From the NCBI GenBank assembly GCA_045655865.1, contig JAZOQB010000011.1, forward strand, positions 12,127 to 76,126: DNA of 64,000 nt, in the 5' to 3' direction. The notes under the pieces are model-generated. The model did not search any database. It was given only the letters and a program-made list of their open reading frames with translations, and was not told the origin of the DNA. Every line of letters starts with the position of its first letter. Position 1 is the stretch's first letter. The position numbers were made by a program, and so were the translations under genes. Below are positions 39,165 through 48,581 of this stretch, in pieces. Source of the stretch: Eubacteriales bacterium. Lineage in GTDB: Bacteria; Bacillota; Clostridia; Oscillospirales; SIG627.

Positions 39165-40613
39165 TTAAGCCTGGATCTCTCGGATAAGGCTTGTGACCTC
39201 TTCCTCAAAAGCAGGATTTTCGTTGATCTTGCTTTTGACCGTCTTTATGGCGGAAAGGATCGTGGAGTGATCCTGGGTAAAGTACCGGGCGATCTCAATG
39301 GAAGACAGATCCGTGATCTCCCGGAGAATGTAGGTGGCTACGTGCCGGGCGTAGACGATATTGGCCTGTTTTTTCTTGCTGGTAATGTCGGAAAGACCCA
39401 CCTGGTATTTGTCACACACGGTCTGGAAGGTTTTCTCTACCGTAGAGTCAACGCTTTCCTTGGGTACCATATCGTCAATACAGCGCCGGGCAAGGTCCAT
39501 GGTGACCCCGGTGGCGAAAATGTCAGAATATCCCTTGAGGCGATTGATGACCCCTTCCAATTGCCGGACGCTGGATTTCATTTGATCGGCAACGAACATT
39601 AAGACCTCATCCGGAATTTCCAGCCCGAGATTTTCTGCCTTGGAACGGGCAATGGCGATTCTAAGTTCCAATTCCGGAGGTTGAATGTCTACCGTCAGAC
39701 CGGATTCAAAGCGAGTGATCATCCGGGCGTTGAGATTTTTGAGAAGTCTTGGGGGACAGTCGCTGGTGAGAATGATCTGCTTGTGCTGCTGGTGCAAAGT
39801 CTCAAAGGTGTGAAAAAGCTCTTGCTGGGCGGATTCTTTTCCGTCGATAAACTGGATATCGTCCAGAAGAAGAACGTCCACGTTCCGGTAGCGTTCCCGA
39901 AAATAGTGCATGGGCTTTTTCAAGGTAAAGTGATCGATCAGATCGTTGGTAAAATCCTCTCCTCTGGCGTAAAGGATCCGTTTGGAGGGATTGTATTTGA
40001 TGATCTCGTTGGAAATGGCAAAGAGAAGATGGGTCTTTCCCATTCCGGAGGGAGAATACAGGTACAGGGGATTCCAAACTTCCGCGGGATTTTTTGCAAC
40101 GGCCATGCAGGCGGAGTACGCCACCCGGTTGGTCTCGCCAACGATAAAGTTATCAAAGGTATAGCCGCCGCCTCTCACGGGAGGGATCTCGGTCTTGATG
40201 ATGGTTCCTCTGGGCTCGGCGATCTGTTTTTTCTCTTCTTCGGATAACGGGGGCTCTTTGGCGTATTCCTCGTTGCCGGCAATTTTACAGAAAACCTTAT
40301 CCGGTAAGATCCCGGTGTTCTGATGTTCCTTGATATAATCCGCCATTTTTTCGTTGTGAAGATCTCTGGAGAAGATAACCAATTCCACCCGGGCGCCTAA
40401 AATTTCAAAAATAGCGGTTTGAAGCTGTTTGTAATACATTTTAAAGACAAATTCACCCCGGTAAAACTCCTTGGCGGAGATGTAGGCGAAGGAATCGGTG
40501 ATCTTTTCCAGCTCCAATTCCTTAAACCAGATGCTGAAGGTAGCCGGGGAAAATCCGGAGGACGAGCGGATAAAATCCAAAACGTGATTCCAGATGGCTT
40601 TGTATGAATCCAT
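39165..40613 (-). CDS. dnaA: Chromosomal replication initiator protein DnaA
   Basis: AAA+ Walker A (GMGKTHLL), Walker B (LLLDDIQF) and a C-terminal DnaA-box binding domain (VYARHVATYILREIT). Start re-set to ATG 40613 (GGAG SD 6 nt upstream). Confidence 0.97.
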   Translation of the reverse strand: MDSYKAIWNHVLDFIRSSSGFSPATFSIWFKELELEKITDSFAYISAKEFYRGEFVFKMYYKQLQTAIFEILGARVELVIFSRDLHNEKMADYIKEHQNTGILPDKVFCKIAGNEEYAKEPPLSEEEKKQIAEPRGTIIKTEIPPVRGGGYTFDNFIVGETNRVAYSACMAVAKNPAEVWNPLYLYSPSGMGKTHLLFAISNEIIKYNPSKRILYARGEDFTNDLIDHFTLKKPMHYFRERYRNVDVLLLDDIQFIDGKESAQQELFHTFETLHQQHKQIILTSDCPPRLLKNLNARMITRFESGLTVDIQPPELELRIAIARSKAENLGLEIPDEVLMFVADQMKSSVRQLEGVINRLKGYSDIFATGVTMDLARRCIDDMVPKESVDSTVEKTFQTVCDKYQVGLSDITSKKKQANIVYARHVATYILREITDLSSIEIARYFTQDHSTILSAIKTVKSKINENPAFEEEVTSLIREIQA

Positions 40614-40659
40614 TTTATTCTCCGATCTGTTTGAAGTCCAAAAGGCATATTTTACGCAC

Positions 40660-40693
40660 ATTATAGTAATATATAATATATTATACTATATTA
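40660..40693 (-). promoter_or_regulatory. Near-pure A/T block upstream of dnaA (candidate dnaA promoter -10 elements or second unwinding element)
   Basis: 34 nt with only two G/C, lying 47-80 nt upstream of the dnaA ATG. The minus strand contains TATAAT hexamers. Confidence 0.4.
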
Positions 40694-40783
40694 GGGAAAA
40701 AATTTCAAGGGTTTTTTGCAAGTTGTCATGCTCTGTCAGGTCAGATGCAAAAGTAGGCTCTGGTGGACAAAAACAGCGTTTTC

Positions 40784-40822
40784 CAAAAAAAAAGAACGGA
40801 AAGCCATATCCGTTCTTTTTAC
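40784..40822 (-). terminator. Rho-independent terminator of asnA
   Basis: Stem AAGAACGG/CCGTTCTT with a 10-nt loop. A long T-run follows on the minus strand. Confidence 0.8.
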
Positions 40823-40837
40823 ACAGCTATTTTGTTT

Positions 40838-41845
40838 TTACAATAAGGTCACGCCGGCCTTGCGGCATATATTTTCCGTTTCTTCATCCCAAAGGGAGAC
40901 CTGGACCTCTCCGATGTGGCACTTTTCCAAAAGAAGAAGACTCATGCGGCTCTGTCCGATGCCACCGCCCATGGTCAAGGGGAGAGTTCCATCCAAAAGA
41001 AGTTTGTGGAAACAAAGCTTGGCACGCTGGGAACAGCCGGCAATTTCCAGTTGTCGGAGAAGAGATTCCGGGGAGACGCGAATCCCCATAGAGGAGATCT
41101 CAAAGGCTTGAGAGAGGGTCTCGTTCCAGAAAAGAAGATCTCCGTTCAGATCCCAATCGTCGTAGTCCGGAGCTCTGCCGTCGTGGGGCTTGCCGGATCG
41201 CAAGGGGGACCCGATCTGCATGAGAAATACGGTCTTGTGCTCTTTGGTAATGGCCGTCTCCCGCTCCTTTGGAGTCAGATGGGGATAACGGTCCTCCAGT
41301 TCCTGTGTGGTAATAAAGGTGACCTTGGGATCCAAGGTGGTTTTCAGGGCAGGAAATTGGGATTTTAAGTAGGTCTGGGTATCACAGATGGCTCGGACGA
41401 TGGCCCGGACGGTGTCTTTCAGATAATCCAGCGTTCTCTCTTCTTGACAGATCACCTTTTCCCAGTCCCACTGGTCCACGTAAACGGAGTGGATGTTGTC
41501 CATCTCCTCATCCCGGCGGATGGCGTTCATATCGGTGTAAAGACCTTCTCCCAAGGGAAAGTGATATTTATGAAGCGCCATGCGCTTCCATTTGGCAAGA
41601 GAATGGACCACCACCGCATCCTTACCGGTTTCCTTCAGATCAAAGCGGACCGGCCGCTCTACGCCGTTCAGATCGTCGTTAAGGCCCGTATCGGGATCCA
41701 CAAACAAAGGCGCGGAAACCCGCTTTAAATTCAATGCATGACACAGATTTTCTTCAAAGATCCGCTTAAGATAGCCGATGGCGGCCTGGGTCTCATACTC
41801 TCCCAAACGGGAGGTATAACCCTTTGGTATCACGGTTTTTGACAT
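40838..41845 (-). CDS. asnA: Aspartate--ammonia ligase (asparagine synthetase A)
   Basis: An AsnA-type class II aaRS-like fold with N-terminus SKTVIPKGYTSRLGEYETQAAI and C-terminus GGGIGQSR. Start set to the second ATG (41845) for GGAGG spacing. Confidence 0.92.
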   Translation of the reverse strand: MSKTVIPKGYTSRLGEYETQAAIGYLKRIFEENLCHALNLKRVSAPLFVDPDTGLNDDLNGVERPVRFDLKETGKDAVVVHSLAKWKRMALHKYHFPLGEGLYTDMNAIRRDEEMDNIHSVYVDQWDWEKVICQEERTLDYLKDTVRAIVRAICDTQTYLKSQFPALKTTLDPKVTFITTQELEDRYPHLTPKERETAITKEHKTVFLMQIGSPLRSGKPHDGRAPDYDDWDLNGDLLFWNETLSQAFEISSMGIRVSPESLLRQLEIAGCSQRAKLCFHKLLLDGTLPLTMGGGIGQSRMSLLLLEKCHIGEVQVSLWDEETENICRKAGVTLL

Positions 41846-41906
41846 GCACATCCTCCAAAATTAAGATTGAAAAGGCTGGGGGAAAAATTTCACGCACACG
41901 CCTTGA

Positions 41907-42395
41907 TTAATAACCCACCTCGCCCAGGGAATCGTCGTTTTCTACCCAGTCGGAAACGGGAATGACCCGGTAGGACTCTCGGCTGTCCCGGATCACCACT
42001 TTTTCAATGCCGGCGTTGATCACCATGCGTTTGCACATCTGGCAGCACGAGGAATTCTCCACGTACTCGCCGGTTTTTACATCCACCCCACACAAAAACA
42101 TGGTAGAGCCGATCATCTGCTCCCGGGAGGCGTTGATGATGGCGTTTTGCTCTGCGTGAACGCTGCGGCACAGCTCGTAACGCTGTCCCCGGGGAATGTT
42201 CATCTCTTCCCTCAGACAGATATTTCGGTCACAGCAATTGGCCCGGCCCCGGGGCGCACCCACGTAGCCGGTGGAGACGATCACATCGTTTTTCACAATA
42301 ATCGCGCCGTACCGTTTGCGCAGGCAAGTCCCCCGCTGAGATACGGTTTCCGCAATATCCAGGTAGTAGTTTTCCTTGGAATTTCGCTTTTCCAT
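41907..42395 (-). CDS. dCMP deaminase (ComEB-like cytidine/deoxycytidylate deaminase)
   Basis: HAEQNAI zinc motif and a CCQMC (PCxxC-type) motif. Start re-set to ATG 42395 (GGAGAGGAG SD). Confidence 0.88.
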   Translation of the reverse strand: MEKRNSKENYYLDIAETVSQRGTCLRKRYGAIIVKNDVIVSTGYVGAPRGRANCCDRNICLREEMNIPRGQRYELCRSVHAEQNAIINASREQMIGSTMFLCGVDVKTGEYVENSSCCQMCKRMVINAGIEKVVIRDSRESYRVIPVSDWVENDDSLGEVGY

Positions 42396-42575
42396 CACGC
42401 CGCTCCTCTCCGAAAACAAAATACTCTATTATGAAATTGTAGCAAAAGGCCGGGGGATTGTCTAGAGGTTTTTGAAATTTTCTCAAAAACGCAGAAAACA
42501 AAAGGATTCTGTCAAAAGAGAAAAACGGACGCTTCCCGGAAAAATGAGTCTTTTTTCTTCTCAAAAGACAAACGA

Positions 42576-42608
42576 AAAAGGTCGGGGCAAAACGCCTCGA
42601 CCTTTTGA
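42576..42608 (-). terminator. Rho-independent terminator of hom
   Basis: Stem GGTCGAGGC/GCCCCGACC (one G-U pair) with a GTTTT loop on the minus strand, followed by TTTTTCGTTT on the minus strand. Confidence 0.75.
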
Positions 42609-42621
42609 TAAAAAATTCGCT

Positions 42622-43779
42622 TCACTTCCACAAAAAGCCTGCAAAGAAGATCTCGTGACCGTTCTCTTTTGCCCGGCGGGCAAAGTCGTGCATATCCCGC
42701 ACGCTTACCTCTTGTGTTTCCCAGCCCTCTTCCCAGGGAGTTTTCTTCAGATTGGCAAAGAAGGGATCCTGGGTAAAGGTGGTGCGCAGATAATAGCGGT
42801 GGCACTCTTTTTCATTGGATACCTCAGCCGGGGTCATGGTATCGTTATAGGGATCAGAAAGCCCCAGAGCCACGTCCAGACAGTCCTGAGCTACGGCGTA
42901 GCCGGTGGGATAGCGACCGGCACCGGCGCCGATAAAGTGGGTCTTTCCGATGTACTCGCCTTCAAAGGCGATGATGTTATCACAGCCGTGGATATTCCCC
43001 TCGGGGGTAAACAGGGGCACCAGAGTGGGCTCTACAAAGGCCGCCACCTCACCGTCACCGCCCACGCGGCAAGCTTTGCCGATGAGCTTTAGGGAAAAGC
43101 CGTGTTTCCGGGCTTGTATGATATCACGCTTTTTTACGTCGCGGATGCCAAAGGCGTCCACCTGTTCATCGTCCAGAGCCACCCCAAAGGCGATGTTGGC
43201 AGAAAGGGTGGTTTTGTGACGGGTATCCAAACCGTCGATATCCGAAGAAGGATCTGCCTCCGCAAATCCCAGGCGCTGAGCCTCGGAAAGGGCCTTGTCA
43301 AATTCCTCCTGGGAGGAATCCATGGCGTCTAAAATGTAATTGGTGGTGCCGTTCATGATCCCGTAAACCCTATCCAGCCGGGTTCCGCGCTGGGCTCTTT
43401 TCAGATTGATCAGCCAGGGGATTCCGCCGCCTGCCGCCGCGGAAAAGCGCAAAGAGACGCCGTTTTCTTTGGCAAGGGAGACCAGTTCCCCATAGTGCAG
43501 GCTCAAAAGAAGCTTATTGGCCGAGACCACGTTCTTTTTGGCACGAAGACTTGCGGTGATAAATTCATACGCCGGATGCAGACCCCCGATGAGCTCCACC
43601 ACGGTTTCCACTTCCGGATCCTGCAGGATCTGATCCAGGCTCTCGGCACGTCTTGCGCCTTCAAGCTCCGGCAGCTCCCTTTTATCCAAAACGTATTTTA
43701 CTTCCACTCCGCTCAGACCTTGGAGAATGTGATAGGCGCCTTCTCCAACCGTTCCGAAGCCAATGAGACCGATTTTCAT
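42622..43779 (-). CDS. hom: Homoserine dehydrogenase
   Basis: N-terminal Rossmann motif (KIGLIGFGTVG), a catalytic-domain match by eye and a GGAGGG SD. It is divergent from thrC. Confidence 0.88.
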   Translation of the reverse strand: MKIGLIGFGTVGEGAYHILQGLSGVEVKYVLDKRELPELEGARRAESLDQILQDPEVETVVELIGGLHPAYEFITASLRAKKNVVSANKLLLSLHYGELVSLAKENGVSLRFSAAAGGGIPWLINLKRAQRGTRLDRVYGIMNGTTNYILDAMDSSQEEFDKALSEAQRLGFAEADPSSDIDGLDTRHKTTLSANIAFGVALDDEQVDAFGIRDVKKRDIIQARKHGFSLKLIGKACRVGGDGEVAAFVEPTLVPLFTPEGNIHGCDNIIAFEGEYIGKTHFIGAGAGRYPTGYAVAQDCLDVALGLSDPYNDTMTPAEVSNEKECHRYYLRTTFTQDPFFANLKKTPWEEGWETQEVSVRDMHDFARRAKENGHEIFFAGFLWK

Positions 43780-43956
43780 GTTAAACCCTCCAAAAGGTGT
43801 TCTTTGACTAAAACACCAGTAATTTTGATACGAAAACGGAGAAAAAATCCATTTTTACAAAAAGTGCTTGAAATTTCGGGAAAAATAGTATATTGTTATT
43901 GGTAACATAAAATGATGAAAATGTCAAGAAAAAATCCAAATTAAAGAGGAACGATC

Positions 43957-45438
43957 ATGGTTTACCGCAGTACCCGCTCAAGCGTTTTTGCCACCCCTGC
44001 TCAGGCGATTTTGGCTGGCATTGCCCCCGACGGAGGGCTGTATGTTCCCGAGACGCTCTCGTTTCTGGGCTTTGACTGGAAAGAGACGGCTATGCGTGAT
44101 TTTTACGGCATCGGGGAGGACGTGCTCTACGCCTTCTTTCCCGAGTTTGAAAGAGAAGAGATCCGGGATCTTGTCCGGGCGGCCTATACCGGAAAATTTG
44201 ACGCGCCGGATCTGACGCCCCTGGTTCCCGTAGGGGAAAATTATGTTCTGGAGCTGTTCCGCGGGCCCACCTGTGCGTTTAAGGACGTGGCCCTGTCTAT
44301 GCTCCCCCATCTTTTGGTCAAAAGCCGGGAAAAATGCGGTGTGACCGATCAGATCGTCATTCTTACCGCCACCAGCGGCGATACGGGCAAGGCGGCCCTT
44401 CAAGGATTTCAGGACGTTGAGGGCACCAAAATTTTGGTGTTCTATCCCGACGGCGGCGTCAGTGCCGTTCAGCGTGCGCAAATGGTCACTCAGCGAGGAG
44501 AAAACACCTACGTTTCCGCCATTCGCGGTAATTTTGACGACGCCCAGACCGGCGTGAAGAACCTGTTTTCCCAGTTTTCCCGGGAGGGAACTTTGGAGGG
44601 AAGCGGCGTTCGGCTCTCCAGCGCCAATTCCATCAATATCGGCAGACTTGCACCCCAGATCATCTATTATTTCAAGGCCTACGGGGATCTGGTAAAACAG
44701 GGTCGCATCGCGCTGGGTGACAAGGTGGATTTTGTAGTCCCAACCGGCAATTTCGGAAACATTCTTGCGGGGTACCTGGCAGAGAAAATGGGTCTTCCCG
44801 TAGGAAAACTGGTCTGCGCCTCCAACGCCAATAACATTCTCACCGACTTTTTGCGCACCGGTGTGTATGATAAGCGCCGGCCCTTTTTGCGCACCGCTTC
44901 CCCTTCTATGGATATTCTGGTATCCAGCAATCTGGAGAGACTTTTATACTTTGAATCCGGAAGCGACAAGGAAGTGGCAAGCTGGATGGAGAGCTTGAAA
45001 AAGGACGGTGTCTATACCGTTCCCAAGGCATTGATGGACAAGATCCGCAAGACCTTCTGCGGATATTTTTGCGACGACAAAGAGGCCCTTCGGGTTCTGG
45101 GAGAGGTTTATAAGGAGACGGGCTATCTTTTAGATCCCCATACCGCCACCGCTTACGGAGCGGCAATGGCGTACCGGAAAGAGGAGAATCCGGAAAATCC
45201 CCTTGTGATCCTGTCCACCGCTTCTCCCTTTAAATTTGCCGCGCCCGTGCTCGAGGCGCTGGGAGAAGATGCCCGGGGCGATGAATTCCGGCTGCTGTCC
45301 TATCTTAGCGAAAAGACCGGACTTGCCATTCCCCGCTCTCTTGCGGAATTGGAGTCTCTTCCCGTGCGGCACGCAGAGGTGATCGACAAAGAAGAAATGG
45401 CGCAGTTTGTCCTTTCAAAAGTGACAAAAAAAGCTTGA
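43957..45438 (+). CDS. thrC: Threonine synthase
   Basis: 493 aa, long-form ThrC, with a PLP-lysine region (PTCAFKDVAL) and the SANSINIGRL motif. Confidence 0.93.
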   Translation: MVYRSTRSSVFATPAQAILAGIAPDGGLYVPETLSFLGFDWKETAMRDFYGIGEDVLYAFFPEFEREEIRDLVRAAYTGKFDAPDLTPLVPVGENYVLELFRGPTCAFKDVALSMLPHLLVKSREKCGVTDQIVILTATSGDTGKAALQGFQDVEGTKILVFYPDGGVSAVQRAQMVTQRGENTYVSAIRGNFDDAQTGVKNLFSQFSREGTLEGSGVRLSSANSINIGRLAPQIIYYFKAYGDLVKQGRIALGDKVDFVVPTGNFGNILAGYLAEKMGLPVGKLVCASNANNILTDFLRTGVYDKRRPFLRTASPSMDILVSSNLERLLYFESGSDKEVASWMESLKKDGVYTVPKALMDKIRKTFCGYFCDDKEALRVLGEVYKETGYLLDPHTATAYGAAMAYRKEENPENPLVILSTASPFKFAAPVLEALGEDARGDEFRLLSYLSEKTGLAIPRSLAELESLPVRHAEVIDKEEMAQFVLSKVTKKA

Positions 45439-45495
45439 CGAATCGGTATGAATCCATTAAAATAAAGCCAGAATAAGAAAGACGGAGGATAGACC

Positions 45496-45810
45496 ATGAG
45501 TGAAAGAGATTTGGAAACGAACGGACTGGAACCGGATCGCGTGACCCTGACGGATGAAGAGGGTGTAGAAAGGGAATTTGATATCATCGGTTCTCTTGAA
45601 ATGGACGGGAACGAATACTTCGCTCTGGTAGCCGTAGACGGTCAGGAAGACGAGTATATCGTTTTGAAGGTGGTAGAGGAGAACGGAGAAGAAGTTCTGA
45701 TCACCATTGACGATGACGATGAGTTTGACCGTGTGGCTGACGCCTTTGACAATGAAATGATGGAAGAGTACGATCTTGACGAGGCGGAAGACTCGGAAAA
45801 CGAAGAGTAA
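45496..45810 (+). CDS. DUF1292 domain protein
   Basis: Acidic 104-aa protein with the typical DUF1292 core (EREFDIIGSLEMDGNEYFALV...EYIVLKVVE). GGAGGA SD. Confidence 0.85.
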   Translation: MSERDLETNGLEPDRVTLTDEEGVEREFDIIGSLEMDGNEYFALVAVDGQEDEYIVLKVVEENGEEVLITIDDDDEFDRVADAFDNEMMEEYDLDEAEDSENEE

Positions 45811-45833
45811 ATCGTAAAAAACAAGATCTTGCC

Positions 45834-46016
45834 CTGCCCTTCCCGTGATGGAGGCGACAATAAACCTACAAATTGAAATCGGAGCCCTGTTTCTTGAAGC
45901 GGCTGCAGACCTCCGCCTACGGGCGAAGTTGGGAGCACACAAGCCAAAGAGCGGGCACCACCCCTTAGGATTGCGGGGTTTTTCATTTCCCTTCACACGG
46001 TTGCGGCGGGAAGCAG
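45834..46016. ncRNA. Candidate structured small RNA (family and strand unresolved)
   Basis: The element is about 183 nt and lies between convergent genes. It is closed by CTGC-(CC bulge)-TTCCCG (45834-45845) pairing with CGGGAAGCAG (46007-46016). Internal hairpins include CCCC-N10-GGGG. A possible minus-strand promoter is TTGCAA-18 nt-TAAATT (46046-46017). Confidence 0.3.
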
Positions 46017-46049
46017 AATTTACTCGCGCAAAAAGACGTTTTGCAACAA

Positions 46050-46091
46050 GAAAAAGCTGTGTAGAATTTTCTACACAGCTTTTTATTTTTT
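46050..46091. terminator. Bidirectional terminator next to ppa
   Basis: 10-bp stem AGCTGTGTAG/CTACACAGCT. A-run upstream and TTTTATTTTTT downstream. Confidence 0.85.
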
Positions 46092-46094
46092 CTC

Positions 46095-46628
46095 TTATTT
46101 GCAAAAGATCTCTACGTAAGAGTCGATGGCATCTTGGATGATCGCTACGGCTTTTTCCCGGTCGCCCACCTCGTTTACGATGGTCTCTTTGTTCTCCAGC
46201 TGCTTATAAACCCGGAAAAAGTGGTTCATCTCTTGCCAGATATGCTCGGGAAGCTGGGAGATGTTGGTATAGTGGTTGTAGGTGGGGTCCTCAAAATGGA
46301 TGGCGATGATCTTTTCGTCGTTTCTTCCGTTGTCTACCATGGTGATGACCCCGATGGGATAGCAGCGAACCAGGGTCATGGGCTCGATTTCCTCGCTGCA
46401 CAAAAGCAAAACGTCCAGAGGATCCTGGTCGTCGCCGTAGGTGCGGGGGATGAACCCGTAGTTGGCAGGGTAATGGGTAGAGGTGTAAAGAATACGGTCC
46501 AGCATTAAGTATCCCGTTTCCTTGTCCAGCTCGTACTTTTTCTTGGATCCTTTGGGAATCTCAATGACGGCGATAAAATCGGTGGTGGAGATCCGCTTGG
46601 GATTCATGTCGTGCCAAATGTTGCTCAT
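46095..46628 (-). CDS. ppa: Inorganic pyrophosphatase (family I)
   Basis: IEIPKGSKKKYELD, YPANYGFIP and DPLDVL motifs. AGGAGG SD. Confidence 0.95.
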   Translation of the reverse strand: MSNIWHDMNPKRISTTDFIAVIEIPKGSKKKYELDKETGYLMLDRILYTSTHYPANYGFIPRTYGDDQDPLDVLLLCSEEIEPMTLVRCYPIGVITMVDNGRNDEKIIAIHFEDPTYNHYTNISQLPEHIWQEMNHFFRVYKQLENKETIVNEVGDREKAVAIIQDAIDSYVEIFCK

Positions 46629-46714
46629 AGTAACCTCCTAAAACACAATGGGCCCGTGCAGTTTTGGGTGCGTTTTGCCGTGAAAGCTTTGGCGTTTCGC
46701 GCCCTTGTTTCTGA

Positions 46715-47182
46715 CTACTTTTTATGATTTTGTTCTTTCAAAAGAAGCTCCAGCTCCTCCATGAAGGTGTTGATATCCTTAAACTGCCGGTAAACGCTGG
46801 CAAAGCGGACGTAGGCCACCTCGTCAATATTTTTCAGTCCCTCCATGACCATTTCTCCGATCTGAGCCGAGGGGACTTCGTTTTCTCCCATGGAATTCAG
46901 ACAAGCTTCGATCTGGGACACAAGCTTTTCCATTTCCTCAAAGGGAACGGGGCGCTTTTCGCAGGCACGCACCACTCCGTTTAAGAGCTTTGTGCGGTCA
47001 AACACCTGGCGTGAGCCGTCCTTTTTGATGACCACAATGGGAATGGCCTCTACCCGCTCGTAGCTGGTAAAGCGGAACTGGCATTGGAGGCACTCCCGGC
47101 GGCGTCGGATGGAATTGCCTTCTTCAATGGGTCTGGAATCCAGAACTTTGCTTTCGGGAAAGCCGCAACTTGGGCATTTCAT
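46715..47182 (-). CDS. nrdR: Transcriptional repressor NrdR
   Basis: MKCPSCG...CLQC zinc ribbon plus an ATP-cone domain. AAGGAG SD. Confidence 0.95.
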   Translation of the reverse strand: MKCPSCGFPESKVLDSRPIEEGNSIRRRRECLQCQFRFTSYERVEAIPIVVIKKDGSRQVFDRTKLLNGVVRACEKRPVPFEEMEKLVSQIEACLNSMGENEVPSAQIGEMVMEGLKNIDEVAYVRFASVYRQFKDINTFMEELELLLKEQNHKK

Positions 47183-47206
47183 ACGATCTTCTCCTTGATT
47201 TTTCTG

Positions 47207-47992
47207 TTACTCTACCACAAGCAGTCCGCCGCGGAAGGTTCCGGTGTAGGTGCGACCGGCCATCCCTTCCGAATTCCAGGTGTAGGTGCCCTGGCCGTGG
47301 AGAAGGTTTTCGTGAAAGGCGCCGGAGTAGGTGTCGCCATTTGCCCAGGTATAGGTGCCCTGGCCCTCTCGCACATCGTTTATGTATGCGCCGGTATAGG
47401 TGTCGCCGTTTGCCCAGGTATAAGTGCCGGAGCCGTTTTTCATATCGTCGGTAAAGGTGCCTTCATAGCGGTCTCCGGAAGCGTATACGAAGGTGCCGGA
47501 GCCGTTTTTCATATTGTCCGCAAAATAACCGGTATAGCTGGAACCGTCTGCGAAGGTGTAGACGCCGGAGCCGTGGCGAAGGCCGTCTTTCATTTCTCCG
47601 GAATAGGTATCCCCGGAAATGAAAAGGAAGGTGCCAAAGCCCGAAGGCACGCCGTTTTCAAAGCTTCCCTCGTAAACGTCCCCGGAGGAAAACTCCATGC
47701 GGCCTTGACCGTTGGGGTGAAGATCTACCACAGCGCCGGTGTACCGGTCGCCGTTTTCATAGATCAGAGTCTGGGTCTGGGCATCGTATTTGGCCTGTGT
47801 TCCGTCCGGATAATACGCGGTCCCCTTCAAGGCTACCCCGTCCCGGATGCTGCCCAGGTATTTGACTCCTGAGTCAAAGGTGGTATAGCGAAGGCCGAAG
47901 ATCAGTCCGATCAGGATCACGATCCCCACGGCAAAGATCACAGCCAAGGTCAGAATCACCGGCAAGGCGGCTTTTTTGGATGCTTTGTTCAT
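47207..47992 (-). CDS. Membrane-anchored MORN-repeat protein
   Basis: N-terminal TM helix followed by about 8 tandem MORN units (YxGxxxxGxxxGxGxxxxxxG). Confidence 0.85.
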   Translation of the reverse strand: MNKASKKAALPVILTLAVIFAVGIVILIGLIFGLRYTTFDSGVKYLGSIRDGVALKGTAYYPDGTQAKYDAQTQTLIYENGDRYTGAVVDLHPNGQGRMEFSSGDVYEGSFENGVPSGFGTFLFISGDTYSGEMKDGLRHGSGVYTFADGSSYTGYFADNMKNGSGTFVYASGDRYEGTFTDDMKNGSGTYTWANGDTYTGAYINDVREGQGTYTWANGDTYSGAFHENLLHGQGTYTWNSEGMAGRTYTGTFRGGLLVVE

Positions 47993-48008
47993 TTTATTCT
48001 CCTTGCAT

Positions 48009-48494
48009 TTATGCGGAAAAGCTGTTTAACAGTCCGGGAAGGAAGTAGTATAGCAAAACCAGAGTCAAATACAGGCCCAGAACTGCCAAAACGATCTGCC
48101 ACGCTTTTCCGGAGGATGCCTTAAAAAAGTACTCTGCCTTTTTTTGCCGGTCCTGGGGAATGTAATAGCGCAGCTGCTGTTGGCATGCACCCTTCTCTTT
48201 CCGGAGAGCCTCTTCCATCTGGTCCGACGCCTTGGCAATGAGCCTCTCCTGGCTGTCCAGGGCTTTCAGGATGCGCCTGTTTTCTGTCAGCTCACAGGCC
48301 GGAAGGGCCGTTTCCGGGGAATGGCAACCTTTTTCCATCAAAAGCCTGAGCGCCGCACCAAAGGTGGCCCGGCGATAAAACAGATAGATCAGGCTTCCCA
48401 AGACTGCCAAAAAGGCGCACCAAAGCAGAGTGGAAAGGGTGTCTGTAAAGGGGGGGATGAAAAGAACGGATAAGGACTCAAGGATTTGTTCCAT
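48009..48494 (-). CDS. Hypothetical membrane protein
   Basis: Two terminal TM helices flank a charged central region. Start re-set to ATG 48494 (GGGAG SD). Confidence 0.55.
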   Translation of the reverse strand: MEQILESLSVLFIPPFTDTLSTLLWCAFLAVLGSLIYLFYRRATFGAALRLLMEKGCHSPETALPACELTENRRILKALDSQERLIAKASDQMEEALRKEKGACQQQLRYYIPQDRQKKAEYFFKASSGKAWQIVLAVLGLYLTLVLLYYFLPGLLNSFSA

Positions 48495-48581
48495 AGCTTC
48501 TCCCTGCGGGCAAAACCCGCCGAATATCATCGAAAAATGGCGAAAATCGGAAAATCGAAAAGACGAATCCCTTCACCGGGC

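Noticed and set aside
47207-47992. Periodic nucleotide repeats (about 69-bp period) that could be taken for a non-coding repeat array.
   Set aside because: The periodicity is in frame and encodes tandem MORN units within an ORF that has a good SD and TM anchor. It is protein-level repetition, not a CRISPR or satellite array.
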